64,000 nt of DNA. Source: Mobula hypostoma (lineage: Eukaryota). Positions 25,483 to 39,329 of this stretch are shown in pieces (the first letter of the stretch is position 1; each line of letters starts with the position of its first letter). The notes under the pieces were generated by a model. The model was not told where the DNA came from. It made no database searches and saw only the letters and a list, made by a program, of their open reading frames with translations. Location: contig NC_086112.1 of the NCBI RefSeq assembly GCF_963921235.1, forward strand, positions 38,688,001 to 38,752,000, in the 5' to 3' direction. The position numbers were made by a program, and so were the translations under genes.

Positions 25483-25598
25483 ACACACTTCAAAGCAGGC
25501 CAGGCAGCATCTATAGGAAGAGGCGCAGTCGACGTTTCAGGCCGAGACCCTTCGTCAGGACTAACTGAAGGAAGAGTGAGTAAGGGATTTGAAAGCTG
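25483..25598 (-). mobile_element. Penelope solo pLTR micro-insertion
   Basis: pLTR match; 9-bp TSD actcctgaa (25474-25482 / 25599-25607). Confidence 0.85.
25527..25562 (-). ncRNA. Minimal hammerhead ribozyme motif (sense to host pre-mRNA)
   Basis: Reverse complement agtcCTGACGAagggtctcggcctGAAAcgTCgact. Confidence 0.8.
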
Positions 25599-26359
25599 AC
25601 TCCTGAACTCAGATCAACCAAAGACAGCACATCCAACAATGTCACGTTCCAGCAAGGGACTCTGGAGACTCGGGCCACATTAAGGGGTGCCAAAACAAGT
25701 GACTGGACGATCATTTTCAGGTCAGAGCAGGCTACTCACAAAATTGTCATTCCAAGCATATTATGTGCTTGTCAATGGAAACTGTTGGCCCATTTGATGC
25801 CAGCTGTGCAAGATACTACCATGCAGAGAGGACCAGAGACACAGGTCACATCATTGAAGGTGAATTAATTGGATGGCTGAGGCCTGGTTTTGTTACAGGT
25901 ACCAAACTTATCTGAGTTGATGTTAGAGAACCTAAAGAATCAAGGAATAAATCCTTCTGGAATTAGTTCTGCTTAAGAGTCATCTTCTCACCTAACCACT
26001 CAGTACTGACATCATTATACACCTCAATCAACTCACCAACTTATCACAACTGTTACCCCCTAGTCCTGACCATCTCACCACTGTCATCCAACCTTTCATC
26101 TCCCATCCAATCTTCTTTCAGGCTCTGGCCCTCTCTCTATCAACATCTCAGCAACCCCAACTGACCCCTTCTCAATCCTTCCTTCAACAGTCCCAAACAT
26201 GATTTGCTTTCCTACTCCAAACTCCTCCAGTTCTTGTTCCTTTCTTCAACAGCACTTCATTCTCCACCTTGCCATTACATTCTACAGCTCTTCAATCTCA
26301 TCTGCTCAAAGGTGGAGAGGGCTTTGCCTACGATGGACTGGGCTATACTCACCATATTT

Positions 26360-27000
26360 TGTAGTTGCTTCCATTCTTGGGCATTGACGTTTACATAGTA
26401 GGCCGAGATACAACTAACCAGAATACTCTACCCTGTCCATCTATAGAAGTTTGTCAACATTTTACAACATGTGCTGAATCTATACAAACTTCTAGGAAAG
26501 TAGAGATGCCGTCATGCTTTCTTTATGATGACACTTGTGTGTTGGTCCGAGGATAGATCTCTCATATAACACCAAGAAATTTAAAGTTACTGAACCCCTC
26601 CATCGCCTATCCACTAATGAGAACTGCTTCATGGACTTTAGGCTTATTCTCCTGTAGTCAATAATCAGCTCTTTGGTTTTGTTGATGTTGAGTGAGAAAT
26701 TGTCGTTGAGGCACCAATCTCCAATATGCTGATTTTTCACCATCTTTGATTAGGCCAACAGCAGTGTTATCAGCAACTTAAGAATGCCATTGGAGCTGTA
26801 CTTAGCCACACAATCAAAGAGGTAGAGCAGAGAGCCAAGCAACCAGCCTTGTGGTGAACCTGGGCTGATGGTGATTGTGGAGGAGATCTTGTTGACAATC
26901 TGTACTTACTGGAGTCTGCAAATGAGGAAATCAAGGATCCAACTGCATAGGGAGGTAGATGCCTAGGTCTTGGAGCCTATTGATTAGTTTAGACATGGTG
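26360..27000 (-). mobile_element. Rex1/Babar RT fragment
   Basis: WCLNDNFSLNINKTKELIIDYRR (ORF 26492-26743). Confidence 0.75.
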
Positions 27001-28422
27001 AACAGAAGTTAATAAAATCTGGCTTACTCCAATTTTTTTTAAAAGGGGGACTTTGTAACCATTATTTGCCATACACTTTTGAAATTACATTCATTGTACA
27101 CATTTAAAGCACATCTATGGTAAAAAGTAATGCCCTCACTGACACACATGCCTGGAATGCTGCAGTTATGTTTCAGTAATGCACTGTAACATAGTCAAAT
27201 ATTAGGTCATGAAACAAATACACCAAAGCACATTACCAGTGGTTTTGTAAATATGCCAGTAATAATTTTAACCACCCAAGCAGTTAATTCAAAATTACTC
27301 CTGTTATAACAGAATACGTGACAAATATAAATAAAGCAATATTAAAAACTGCAATGTATAAAGAAATAATTTTCCACAAACATCGTCAAATAATGCAATG
27401 GTCTAACTAAATTATTGCTGCGTTCCAACTGAGCTTGATTTAAAAATAAATATAAGGCCAACTTGGAACAAGAAAAAATAAATATATTTTGTTAAGTATA
27501 CAACTTAATGTTGTGCAGCACCATTATTAACATTTAGGTGTTAAAGTGTTCTGGCTATCTAATTAATTACGATAATCAATGTAAAACTGATCTGAGTAAC
27601 AGCTTAAGCTGCTTTGAGCAATACACACATTGTGTACAGTTTGTTATCTTCTACACTCTAATTGATTTTTCACTGATTCTTGTTACTGTTCTATAGATTT
27701 GCTGAGTAAGCCAACAGGAAAGAGAACCTCAGGATTGTGTGTGGATGACTTGTATGTATTCTGGTAATAACCTTACCTTGAACTTTGAAGCATGCTGTAA
27801 GATTCAAGAAAAAAAATCTGTAATACATCATAGTGTTCAACTCAGTCTTTCCCAGCTGTCATTATTCATCTTATTTTTGCTCATGTACTTTTTCTAATAC
27901 TACATACTGAAAGGTTAGGGCAGTATTTCAAAGTTGTTCAGTTGAAACTCATTCCAACTTTCTAAGTTTACCATGAAAGGGTCAACACTTGAAATAATAG
28001 CAAGCAGCATAAACCCTTAATAGATGATTTTCAAAAAATCCCAAAATTTGTAATGACCAGTTTGGCAAATTCCAGGTTTATTTAAAAACTCATTATAATG
28101 ATCATGAGATATCCAACGTGCCAATACAAACTTCCTTTATACGGAGAAACACTGGAGTCAAATTCACACAAATATTTGCCATGATATAGAAGAGATCAGC
28201 AAACATGAGTCACTTATGCAAAAACTCTGCAAATCGATACTGCTGTCCTTTCAAGACAGCATATTGCATTCTCATTACATGTCTGACTCAACTTTTGGGA
28301 AAAAAAATCTCTATAGTTTCTCAACCATTTTTGCATTGTGTAATAATTCCTGGTTTCCTTGGAACCTATGATGCCATTCAGTATAACATGGCTGATCATC
28401 TATCTTAACACTACGTGCGAGG

Positions 28423-29485
28423 TAGAACATAGAACATAGAATAGTACAGCACAGTACAGGCCCTTCGGCCCACAATGTTGTGCTAATCCTCAAACCCTGC
28501 TTCCCATATACTCCCCCCACCTTAAATTCCTCCATATACCTGTCTAGTAGTCTCTTAAACTGCACTAGTGTATCTGCCTCCACCACTGACTCAGGCAGTG
28601 CATTCCATGCACCAACCATTCTCTGAGTAAAAAACCTTCCTCTAATACCCCCCTTGAACTTCCCACCCCTGACCTTAAAGCCATGTCCCCTTGTATTGAG
28701 CAGTGGTGCCCTGGGGAAGAGGCACTGTCTATCCACTCTATCTATTCCTCTTATTATCTTGTATACCTCTGTCATGTCTCCTCTCATCCTCCTTCTCTCC
28801 AAAGAGTAAAGCCCTAGCCCCCTTAATCTCTGATCATAATGCATACTCTCCAAACCAAGCAACATTCTGGTAAATCTCCTCTGTACCCTTTCCAATGCTT
28901 CCACATCCCTCCAATAGTGAGGTGACCAGAACTGGACACAGTACTCCAAGCGTGGCCTAACCAGAGTTTTATAGAGCTGCATCATTACATCGTGACTCTT
29001 AAACTCTATCCCTCGACTTATGAAAGCTAACACCCCATACGCTTTCTTAACTCCCTATCCACCTGTGAGGCAACTTTCAGGGATTTGTGGACATGTACCC
29101 CGAGATCCCTCTGCTCCTCCACACTACCAAGTATCCTGCCATTTACTTTGTACTCTGCCTTGGAGTTTGTCCTTCCAAAGTGTACCACCTCACACTTCTC
29201 CGGGTTGAACTCCATCTGCCACTTCTCAGCCCACTTCTGCATCCTATCAATGTCTCTCTGCAATCTTTGACAATCCTCTATACTATCTACAACACCACCA
29301 ACCTTTGTGTCGTCTGCAAACTTGCCAACCCACCCTTCTACCCCCACATCCAGGTCGTTAATAAAAATCAGGAAAAATAGAGGTCCCAGAACAGATCTTT
29401 GTGGGACACCACTAGTCACAATCCTCCAATCTGAATGTACTCCCTCCACCACGACCCTCTGCCTTCTGCAGGCAAGCCAATTCTG
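28423..29485 (-). mobile_element. CR1 LINE 3' portion, relatively young
   Basis: ORFs 29027-29572 and 28311-29033 (SGVPQ.SVLGP, FADDTK, LYKTLVRPRLEYC), one frameshift; (AGAACAT)n tail at 28423-28441. Confidence 0.92.
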
Positions 29486-29499
29486 TAACAGGTGTATAA

Positions 29500-29890
29500 G
29501 TAACATCAGATTTATCAACAAACTCATTCGTAAGGCCAGTGATGTTGTGGGGATGGAACTGGACTCTCTCACGGTGGTGTCTGAAGAGGATGCTGTCCAA
29601 GTTGCATGCTATCTTGGACAATGTCTCCCATCCATTACATAATGGACTGGTTGGGCACAGGAGTACATTCAGCCAGAGACTCATTCCACTGAGATGCAAC
29701 ACTGAGCGTCATAGGAAATCATTCCTGCCTGTAGCCATCAAATTTACAACCCCTCCCTTGGAGGGTCAGACACCCTGAGCCAATAGGCTGGTCCTGGACT
29801 TATTTCCTGGCATAATTTACCTATTACTATTTAATTATTTATGGTGCAACTGTACCAAAAAACGGGATCAATAAAGTATGACTATGACTA
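29500..29890 (+). mobile_element. Rex1/Babar 3' end
   Basis: HPLH...FSQRL...CNTERHRKSFLPVAI; tail aataaagtatgactatgacta. Confidence 0.8.
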
Positions 29891-31260
29891 AAGGAGTCCT
29901 TGAACTATCTTTCCCTGGCCATACAGAGGAATTCAAGTGTTCTAAGGTGCGCCTACAGATGACACTCAAAGAATCTTGTGACAAGCCTATCAGTAACGCT
30001 GCATGGACCTTATCAACTGGGCGGAAATGGACCCCAGCTGTTTTGGTGCAGAACATTGTGGGGCAAGTCCAACAGGGCGGGGGCGGCTTAGGTCTAGCTG
30101 CAAGTGAACCCATCTGGCACAAGACCACAATTCCACAGTGAAGGAAGATGGTCATTGAGGAAGCGTGGCGACAAGAAGAGTCAGACAGAAGTGCAAAGGC
30201 TGTCTCCCTTGCTAAGCAGGGGCAATGAATGTATTGGGAAAGTACTGAGAGGAGGAAAATCAGCCCGAAGGACATACAGGATTTGGAAGCAAGCAGAATT
30301 AGCTTTCTCATCAGATCTACATACAATGTGCTTCCCTCACAACAACACCTTCACCAGTGATTCATTGAGGATCCAACTTGTGCCCTGTGCCCGATTCCAG
30401 CAACCCTCAAGCATATCCCGGCAAGCTGCAAAACCAGCCTCACACAAGGCATGCACATGGTTTCACAGCCAGGCCTTGAAGTGTCTAGCAGCAACCAACT
30501 CCTTACCCCCTAGAACAACTAACGCTCTGACACCAACAGCATTCATTTGGGAGGGAGAAAAAAGACCAACTAATACCCTCCTAAGCCAGGAACAGATGAA
30601 CATGGCTCATGACTAGAAAGTGCTGGTGGCTGTCAATAAACAACTCACCTTTCCACCGGAAATTGCTACCACCATCCTCAAGCCAGACTTGGTTCTCTGG
30701 TCCAATTCATTTCGGATTGTCTATGTTGTGGAACTCGTGGTCCCGTGGGAGGATTCAGTGGCTGAAGCATATCAGCGCAAGAGGTTACGCTATACGTGGA
30801 TCTAGCGGCTGAAGCTCAGTGACAGGGCTGGAAAACTAAAGTTTGTCCTGTGGGAGTGGATTGTTGGGGATTTATAACCACATCCACCATCAAATTACTG
30901 AAGGAGCTAGGGATCCATGGTCAGACTCTACGGCAAACCATCAGAGTCACATCAGGGGTGGTGGAGCGGAAAGAAGCAGTCACTGGCTTTGGATCAAGTG
31001 AAAAGACTTCTCCTGGGCGCCAAGACAGTGGGAAGACACAACGGGGGGCGGAGAAGAGAGGTTGTGTGTTGATTCTCAGACACCAGAAGTCATTAGCAAG
31101 CCCTCCAGAGATGTAGTGGGCTAATTGATGAAACATCAAGGAAGGAGGGTGCCCACTTGTAAACCGCTGTGTGTCAGCCGTGTGCTACTCCCACTATCAA
31201 GGCAGTCTTGAGCAACTGCTCATGACCCATTGGCACAAGGGATATTAACATCTTATCTTG
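29891..31260 (+). mobile_element. RLE-type (Hero/NeSL-like) non-LTR retrotransposon 3' part, degraded
   Basis: CCHC knuckle C-A-L-C...LKHI...C and restriction-like endonuclease KPDLVLWS...VELVVPWE; several stops and frameshifts; 3' motif ttaacatctta. Confidence 0.85.
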
Positions 31261-31659
31261 CGTTTTTCTTTTTATTTCTATTGCACTTGATTCTTTTTTC
31301 ATCTAGAAATTAAGCTATCTCCTTCTTAGACAGTCTTCTGTGAGATCAAAATTTCACAAGTTCACTACCCTCAAAGTGAAGAAATTTTTCATCGAATTAC
31401 CTGATTACTTGCCCTATAACCTTAGACTTTGACCCTCAATGCAGACATCCCAGCCAGAGGAACCATTCTGGCCTCAACAGATATTGCAAGCTTTAATCAG
31501 GTTCCCTCTTATACCCTTCAGCCCATCGAGTCTATTCTCAACCACCTATTTATAATAATGTTACATTAAACCCATTTTGTTCTCCCCAAATTATCACCAC
31601 CCCCATAGATTCTATCCATCACCTACTCATCAGGGCAACTTAATTACCAAGTAACCTAT

Positions 31660-33195
31660 CAATCATCATGTCAGAATCAGAAGTGGAAAGAGTGAACAAT
31701 TTCAAGTTCCTAGGTTTCATTGTCTCCGAGGATCTATCCTGGGCCCAACAAATCGATGCCGCTACAAAGAAGGCACAACAGCAGCTATATTTCATTAGGA
31801 GTTTGGGAAGATTTGGTATGTCACCAAAGACACTCATAAATTTTTACAGGTGTACCATGATATGGTGGGGGACTACTGCACAGGATCAAAATAAGACTTG
31901 TAAACTTAGCTAGTTCCATCATAGGCACTAGCCTCCAGAGTATCCAGACATCTTCAAGGAGGGATGCCTCAAAAAGGCAGCATCCATTACTAAGGACCCC
32001 CCATCACCAGGACCTGCATTGTTCTCATTGCTACTATCAGGAAGGAGGTACAGAAGCCTGAAGGCACATACTCAACGGCATTCTGTAACAGATTCTTCCC
32101 CTCTGCCATCCGATTTCTGAATGAACATTGAACCCATGAACACTACCTCATGACTTATTTAACTGTTGAATATATATACTTACTGTAATTCACTCTTTTC
32201 TATTATGTATTGCATTGTACTGCTGCCACAAAGGCATAAATTTCACGACATATGCTGGTGATATTAAACCTGATTCCGATGTCTTTCAGATGTGGGAGAA
32301 AACCAAAGCATCTGGAGGAAATGGTGATCGCAGGAAGATGATGTTAACTCTACAGAGACAGCACCCATGGTCAGAATTGAACTCCAGGTGTCTATGGTGA
32401 TGAAGTGTTTTGAGAGGTTGTTTATGACTAGCATCAAGTCCTGCCTCAGCAAGGACCTGGACCCACTGCAATTTGCCTATTGCCACCAGAGGTCTACGGC
32501 AGATACGACCTCACCAGCTCTCCATGCGGACTTAGATCACCTTGTCAACACAAATACCTATGTCAGTATACTGTTTATCGTCTACAGCTCGACATTCAAC
32601 ACCATCATTCCTACAACTCTGATCACAAAGCTCCAGAACCGGGACCTCTGTAACTCGCACTGCAACTCGATCCTCAGCTTCCTAACAGGAAAACCATAAT
32701 TGGTGTGGATTGGAAATAACATCCCACCTCACTGACAATCAACACTGACACATATCTTCAGGGATATGTGCTTAGCCCACTGCTCTACTCTCTCTACGCC
32801 CATGAGTGTGTGGCAAGACACAGGTCAAACACCATCTATAAATTTGCTGACGATAGAACCATTGTTGGCAGAATCTCAGATGATGATGAGGGCATACAGC
32901 AGTGAGATGTATTGGTTGAGTGGTGTCATGACATCAACCTCGCACTCAACATCAACAAGACCAAAGAACTGATTATGCACTTCAGAAAGGGTAGGACAAG
33001 GGAACACACACCAATCCTCAGAGGAATCAGAAGTAAAATGAGTAATTTCAAGTTCCTGGGTGCCAATATCCCTGAGGACCTAACGTATCGGTGCAACTAG
33101 AAAGAAGACAAAACAGCAGCTATATTTCACCAAATCTCTCGCAAATTTCTACAGATATACTTTGGAGAGCATTCTAACTGGCTGTATTACTGTTG
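31660..33195 (+). mobile_element. Two Rex1/Babar fragments separated by a SINE piece
   Basis: EVERVNNFKFLG...QQLYF (31668-31913); DPLQFAY...FNTIIP and WCHDINLALNINKTKEL (32367-33100). Confidence 0.8.
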
Positions 33196-34103
33196 TTCAG
33201 CCCACAGCATTGTGCCAACCTTGATGCTAGTTTGCACTCCATGTCCTCCTCCTGAGTATCATCCGTATCCCTCCATTTCCTTCACGTTCATGTATCTATT
33301 TAAAAGCCTCAAACACCATCAGTGCCTGATTCCACTACTACCCCACTAACCTTTTGTAGGTACCTACCTATCTCTGCATAAAAAATTTTGCCTCTCACGT
33401 CACCCATTACCTTTAAATTTCACCACCTCCCCCCACCAAATCGTGAAAACATGTCCTTCAGTGTTTGAAATTTCTGTCCTGGTGAAAGTATTCTGATTAT
33501 CCACCCTATCTCTGCCTCCTGTAATTTAAAAACCCTCTATCAGGTTTCTCCTTACCCTCCAACACGACAGGTGGAACAACCCAACTCTGTCAAATATTTT
33601 CTTATAGCTCATACCCTCTAATCCAGGCAGCATCCTGCACCCTCACCGCAGTCTCCATATCCTTCTTTTAATGAGGTAATGAGAAGGGCATGCAAGATTT
33701 CCTATACAGTCTAAATAGAGTTTTATAAAGTACAACTACCTTACTTAGCTGCTCAACACCCCTACCAATAATGCCATATGCCTTCTTTATCTCCTTATTC
33801 ATTTGAGTAGCCACTTTGTGAACTATGGACCTGTACTCCATGATCCCTCTGTACCTAAATGCTATTAATGAATCTACCATTAACTGTATAGTTTTCCCTT
33901 TCAATTGACTTCTCAAAGTGGAACACCTCAAAATTGCTCAGATTAAACACCATCCATCACTTCTCTGCCAAAGTCTGTAATTGATCTATAGCCCACTGTA
34001 TTCTTTGATAGTATTTTCCACCATCCACAATTCTATCAATCTTAGTGTCATCCACATATTTGCTAATCCACTCATCTACATTTTTATCCAAATCATTGAT
34101 ATA

Positions 34104-35890
34104 CAGTGGCAAGCAAAAGTTTGGGCACCCTGGTCAAAATTTCTGTTACTGTGAATAGCTAAGCAAGTAAAGGATGAACTGATTTCTAAAAGGCATAAAG
34201 TTAAAGATGAAACATTCTTTTCAATATTTTAAGCAAGATTACTTTTTTTATTTCCATCTTTTACAGTTTCAAAATAACAAAAAAAGGAAAAGGGCCCAAA
34301 GCAAAAGTTTGGGCACCCCGCATGGTCCATACTTAGTAACACCCCCTTTGGCAAGTATCACAGCTTGTAAGCACTTTCTGTAGCCAGCTAAGAATCTTTC
34401 AATCAACATACATCAAAGTTGCTGGTGAACGCAGCAGGCCAGTGCATGCAAGACTGCCCAAGAATCTCACAGAACTAGAAGCCTTTTGCAAGGAAGAATG
34501 GGTGAAAATTCCCCAAACAAGAATTGAAAGAATCTTTCAATTCTTGTTTGGGGAATTTTCACCCATTCTTCCTTGCAAAAGGCTTCTAGTTCTGTGAGAT
34601 TCTTGGGCAGTCTTGCATGCACTGCTCTCTTGAGGTCTATCCACAGATTTTCAATGATGTTTATGTCAGGGGACTGTGAGGGCCATGGCAAAACCTTCAG
34701 CTTGCGCCTCTTGAGGTAGTCCACTGTGGATTTTGAGGTGTGTTTAGGATCATTATCCTGTTGTAGAAGCCATCCTCTTTTCATCTGCAGCTTTTTTTTA
34801 AAAAAAAAACAGAGTGTGATGTTTGCTTCCAGAATTTGCTGGTATTTAATTGAATTCATTCTTCCCTCTACCAGTGAAATGTTCCCCGTCTCACCGACTG
34901 CAACACAAGCCCAAGCGTGATCGATCCACCCCCATGCTTAACAGTTGGAGAAGTATTCTTTTCATGAAATTCTGCACCCCTTTTTCTCCAAACATACCTC
35001 GACTCATTGTGGACAAAAAGTTCTATTTTAATTTCATCAGTCCACAGCACTTGTTTCCAAAATGCATCAGGCTTGTTTAGATGTTCCTTTGCAAACTTCT
35101 GACGCTGAGTTTTGTAGTGAGGACGCAGGAAAAGTTTTCGTCTGATGACTCTTCCATGAAGGTCATATTTGTGCAGGTGTCGCTGCACAGTAGAACAGTG
35201 CACCACCACTCCAGAGTCTGCTAAATCTTCCTGAAGGTCTTTTGCAGTCAAACAGGGGTTTTGATTTGCCTTTCTAGCAATCCTACGACCAGTTCTCTTG
35301 GAAAGTTTTCTTGGTCTTCCAGACCTCAACTTGACCTCCACTATTCCTGTTAACTGCCATTTCTTAATTACATTACGAACTGAGGAAATGGCTACCTGAA
35401 AACACTTGCTATCTTCTTATAGCCTTCTCCTGCTTTGTGGGCATCATTCGTTTTAATTTTCAGAGTGCTAGGCAGCTGCTTAGAGGAGCCCATGGCTGCT
35501 GATTGTTGGGACAAAGTTTGAGGAGTCAGGGTATTTATAAAGCTTTGAAATTTGCATCACCTGGCCTTTCCTAACGTTGACTGTGAACAAGCCATAGCCC
35601 TAACTTTGGTAAAAGTTATCTGAGAGCTCAAATCTCTTGGGGTGCCCAAACTTTTGCATGGTGCTCCTTTCCTTTTTTTCCCCACTCTAAAATTGTACAA
35701 AACAAAAATAATAATTAATCTTGCTTAAAATGTTGAAAAGAATGTTTCATCTTTAACTTCATGACTTTTGGAGATCAGTTCATCTTCTACTTTTGCCCGA
35801 CGCCAGCAGTAGTCGTCATCTTCTACTCATTTAACTATTCAGAGTAACAGAAATTTTGACCAGGGGTGCCCAAACTTTTGTATGCCACTG
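34104..35890 (-). mobile_element. Tc1 (DD34E) IR/DR transposon, full length but frameshifted
   Basis: Ends cagtggca.../...tgccactg with TA TSDs; ~200-bp TIRs with inner repeat aaaagtttgggcaccc; ATG at 35493; GRPRK, WTDE, QQDNDPKH, SPDINIIE with 34 residues between D2 and E. Confidence 0.93.
34404..34527 (-). mobile_element. Penelope pLTR micro-insertion plus inverted copy of target DNA
   Basis: caacatacatcaaagttgctggtgaacgcagcaggcca (pLTR end) followed by inverted Tc1 sequence; 14-bp TSD aagaatctttcaat (34390-34403 / 34528-34541). Confidence 0.85.
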
Positions 35891-37684
35891 TATATCACAA
35901 GCAATAAAGGGTCAGGCACCAATCCCTGCTGAACACCACTGGTCACAGAACTCTAGCCAGAATAACAGCCTTCCACCCTACCTTTGGCTTCCAATGGATA
36001 AGCCCATTCTGAATCCGAACTTGCAGTTCACCCTTAATGTATCTTTATTTTCTACCATGAGGGACCTTTTCAAATGGCTAACCAAAGCCCATGTGGAAAA
36101 TGTCTACTGCCTTACTTTCATGAGCCTTCTTTGTCACCTCCTCAAAAACCTCAATCAAGTTTGTAAGGCATGACCTGCCCGGCACAAAGCCATGTTTACT
36201 GTCAAGCCTTTCCAAATGCATATAAACCCTATCCCTCAGTATGCTTCCTTACCACTTACGGGAGGCTGACTAGCCTATAGTTACCTGGATTATCCCCAAT
36301 TCTTTCTTGAACAAAGACACAACATTTGTTATTTTCCATTCCTCTAGGGCCTCGCCTGTTGTTAGTGAGGACACAAACATCTTCGTCAAAGCCTAGCGAT
36401 TTCATTTACTTCTGTCTACATTCTGGAATGTATGCTATCAGCCCTGGGGATTTAGCACCTTATTTGCTTTTCAGAAGATCCAGTACTACCTCTATCTTAA
36501 TCTCAAAATGTTATCATATTACCATGCTCCACTCTGACTTCAATATCCTCCAAAACCTTCTCTTTGGTCAATACTGACACAAAATACTCATTTGATATGT
36601 CGGCACTTGCTCTGACTCCAATCACAAATTCCCTTCCTCATCTTTGAGTGAACCTACCCCTCCTCCTAGTTATCCTCCTTCTCTTAATAAAAATATAAAA
36701 TCCCTTGGGATTCTCCCTAATTCTGCTCACCAAGGGTATTTCATAGCCAGTTTTGGCATTTCTAATTGCATTTTCCTACTATCTTTATACTCTACAAGGG
36801 CCTAGTCTGATCTTAGCTTTCCAAGCCTGTATCCTCAAAAAACTACACTACTTTGTCAAACAGATTGGCATGTTGTTTGCCAATTCCATGTACATTTTCT
36901 GAGTCCTGTTGTCCCATCCTTGAAAACAGTCTGTAGTATTTCTTCCCCACACACTCTGCCCCCACCTTCCATTAGTGATGTTGGGATAACTAGTCTGTAG
37001 ATTCCCGGTTACTCTGTTCTTCCTCTTTTATATATTGATATATTCAATATTCAGGAGTCATCCTGAATTTTATAAATTAATAAATAAGGACAACCATTAT
37101 TTCCATAGCTATCCCTTTAGAACACTGTACTGCAAATAACCTGACCTTAGAGACAATCAGATTTTCCATTAACTTCTCCAGTACAATTTTCTTATTGATA
37201 TTATTTCACCTACATCTGTGAAATCAGAGCCAAGGTATTTGGTTAATTGCTCTGTTATATCCTTATTTCCTAATATGAATACCCCAAAGTATTATTTTCT
37301 TTTAACATATTTGTTGAAGCTTTTATAGTCTAATTTTAGGTTTTTTGGAAATGTACTTTTTGCTCTACTTTTGTTCTTTGAGTCCATTTTTTGTCCTCCT
37401 TTCCCAAATTCTAAAGTACTCACCCAATCCTCACTCTTGTTATTTCATCTGGCAATCTTATCTGACACCTCTTTGAATACTAACCTTAACCTCTTTTCCT
37501 TCTAGTATCAGGTGGCTTTTGTTGTTTAAACAAAAAATTTGGTGGGCATGAATATTTCTACATTTGATCTTTAAGCATTATCCACTGTCCAACTACCATC
37601 ATGCCATTTAAAGAAGTTTCCCAAACCATCACAGCCAGCTCACTCCTCATACTTTCATCATATTACTTCCAACATAATGAAGGA

Positions 37685-38320
37685 GGGAGGAGAAGATGGC
37701 GACGCGACACAGCCATTCCGAATGAATATCGATATGTGTAACTAGGGGTGCCGTGCACAATCCGGATTTGATGAGGACAGCCTTGAGAAAGCGCAGAGGA
37801 ACATCTGGATTAACTTCTGAAATGCCTGTTTCGCTGCCAATGCTACTGTGCAATCGAGAATCTCCGGAGACGAAGGCCCCAAATCCTCGGCTTTGCGTAT
37901 TGCCTGTTGCCAGGGCCGGGGTCGAAACGCTCGGCAGAGATGGTGCTCGGTGTCGAATAGGTGGTCAGAAGCTCGGAGTTTTTCGGACGGATTCGGAGTC
38001 GGACTGTGATCGGATGCTTCCGGGATGCTGCATCGGCAAGTTGGCAGCGCTGGAGGTTTACTGTCTGCATGAGATAATGGGACTTTCGAGAGACTCTGAG
38101 ACTTTTACTGTGCCATGGTCTGTTCATATCAAATTACAGTATTGCTTTGCACTGTTGTAACTATATGTTATAACTATGTGGTTTTTGTTAGTTTTTAAGT
38201 CGGTCTGTCATGTGTTTCTGTGATATCATTCTGGAAAAACATTTTTATCATTTCTTAATGCATGCATTACTAAATGACGATAAAAGGGGATTGCGTGTCC
38301 TCATAAATCATAATAATAAT
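37685..38320 (+). mobile_element. ~640-bp non-coding retroposon-like element (copy 2)
   Basis: Homologous to 1596-2270; starts ggagaAGATGGCG (YY1-like motif); (TAA)n tail. Confidence 0.8.
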
Positions 38321-38389
38321 AAAAATTTCCTTGAATAGATCTGAAACTCGATTTGTTTGAACTACATCACCTCTGATCATAATGAAGAA

Positions 38390-38667
38390 TGCAGTTCCGA
38401 GAGCACTTCCGCGAGTTTTTTGCTGCGCTAGACAGTGCTGCAGAAAAGTATTTCTACTTTATATAGGCTGTGCTTTTACTATATGTCACTATTATTTTAG
38501 GTTTTATGTGTTATTTGGCATGATTTTGTAGGTTATTTTTTGGGTCTGGGAACGCTCACAAATTTTTCCCATATTAATAAATGGTAATTGCTTATTCACT
38601 TTACGACATTCCAGCTTACAAACCATTTCATAGGAACGCTCTACCTTCAGTTAGCGGGGGAAACCTG
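38390..38667. mobile_element. Tigger/pogo-like DNA transposon end fragment
   Basis: Terminus ...gcgggggaaacctg|TA; the matching other end was not found. Confidence 0.45.
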
Positions 38668-39329
38668 TACACAGAATTTTTTTATCATTAGCCATGAGCT
38701 GTATTCCAGAACAGTAGAGTTGCAGTGATAAAAACGCAGCTAAAAGTATGAAGCATATAATGTCCTGAAAATAAAGGAAATATAGAGCAGATTCAAAATG
38801 GCCTAATTCTGCTCCTATGTTTTCTGGCCTTAAAACAAAGGGCAAGGATGAAAATGAAAACTGATAGCTAATAAATAAAGACCAATCTCATATTGCTACT
38901 ATGGAATGATCAAGGAGAATACTGATTAACAACCATATATCAGGTAATTGCATCCATCAGCACAAACCTGTAAAGAGGAGAAAGGTACGACTAATTTTTG
39001 TGAATACAATAGGGATATAGGAAGGCACTTAAGTGCTGAGACACATAGGAAACAGTGGATTCCTTTTCTATAAAGATGTTTTTATACAGTATCAAATTTG
39101 TTGTTCAGATTAATGGGTTTAGTATTAAACAACGCAGAAGCTGAGAGAAAAATGACTGCAATAAGTTGAAAGGAAAGATAGGGAAAATAAATAAGTTTAT
39201 AGTTCAGATTTCTTCCCTCTATTTTTGTTTTCATTCTACAACCAATGAATAAATAGAATAAGGATTTGTTTTAAAATGAAACCTGCAGAATAGCATGGAA
39301 GGTGGTTAACCATCACACCGAAGTAAAAT

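Larger units (their letters stand above)
33200..36830 (-). mobile_element. CR1 LINE, degraded, split by a Tc1 insertion
   Basis: CR1 RT-like sequence on both sides of the Tc1 TA target (e.g. LYKTL in ORF 33668-33931). Confidence 0.75.
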
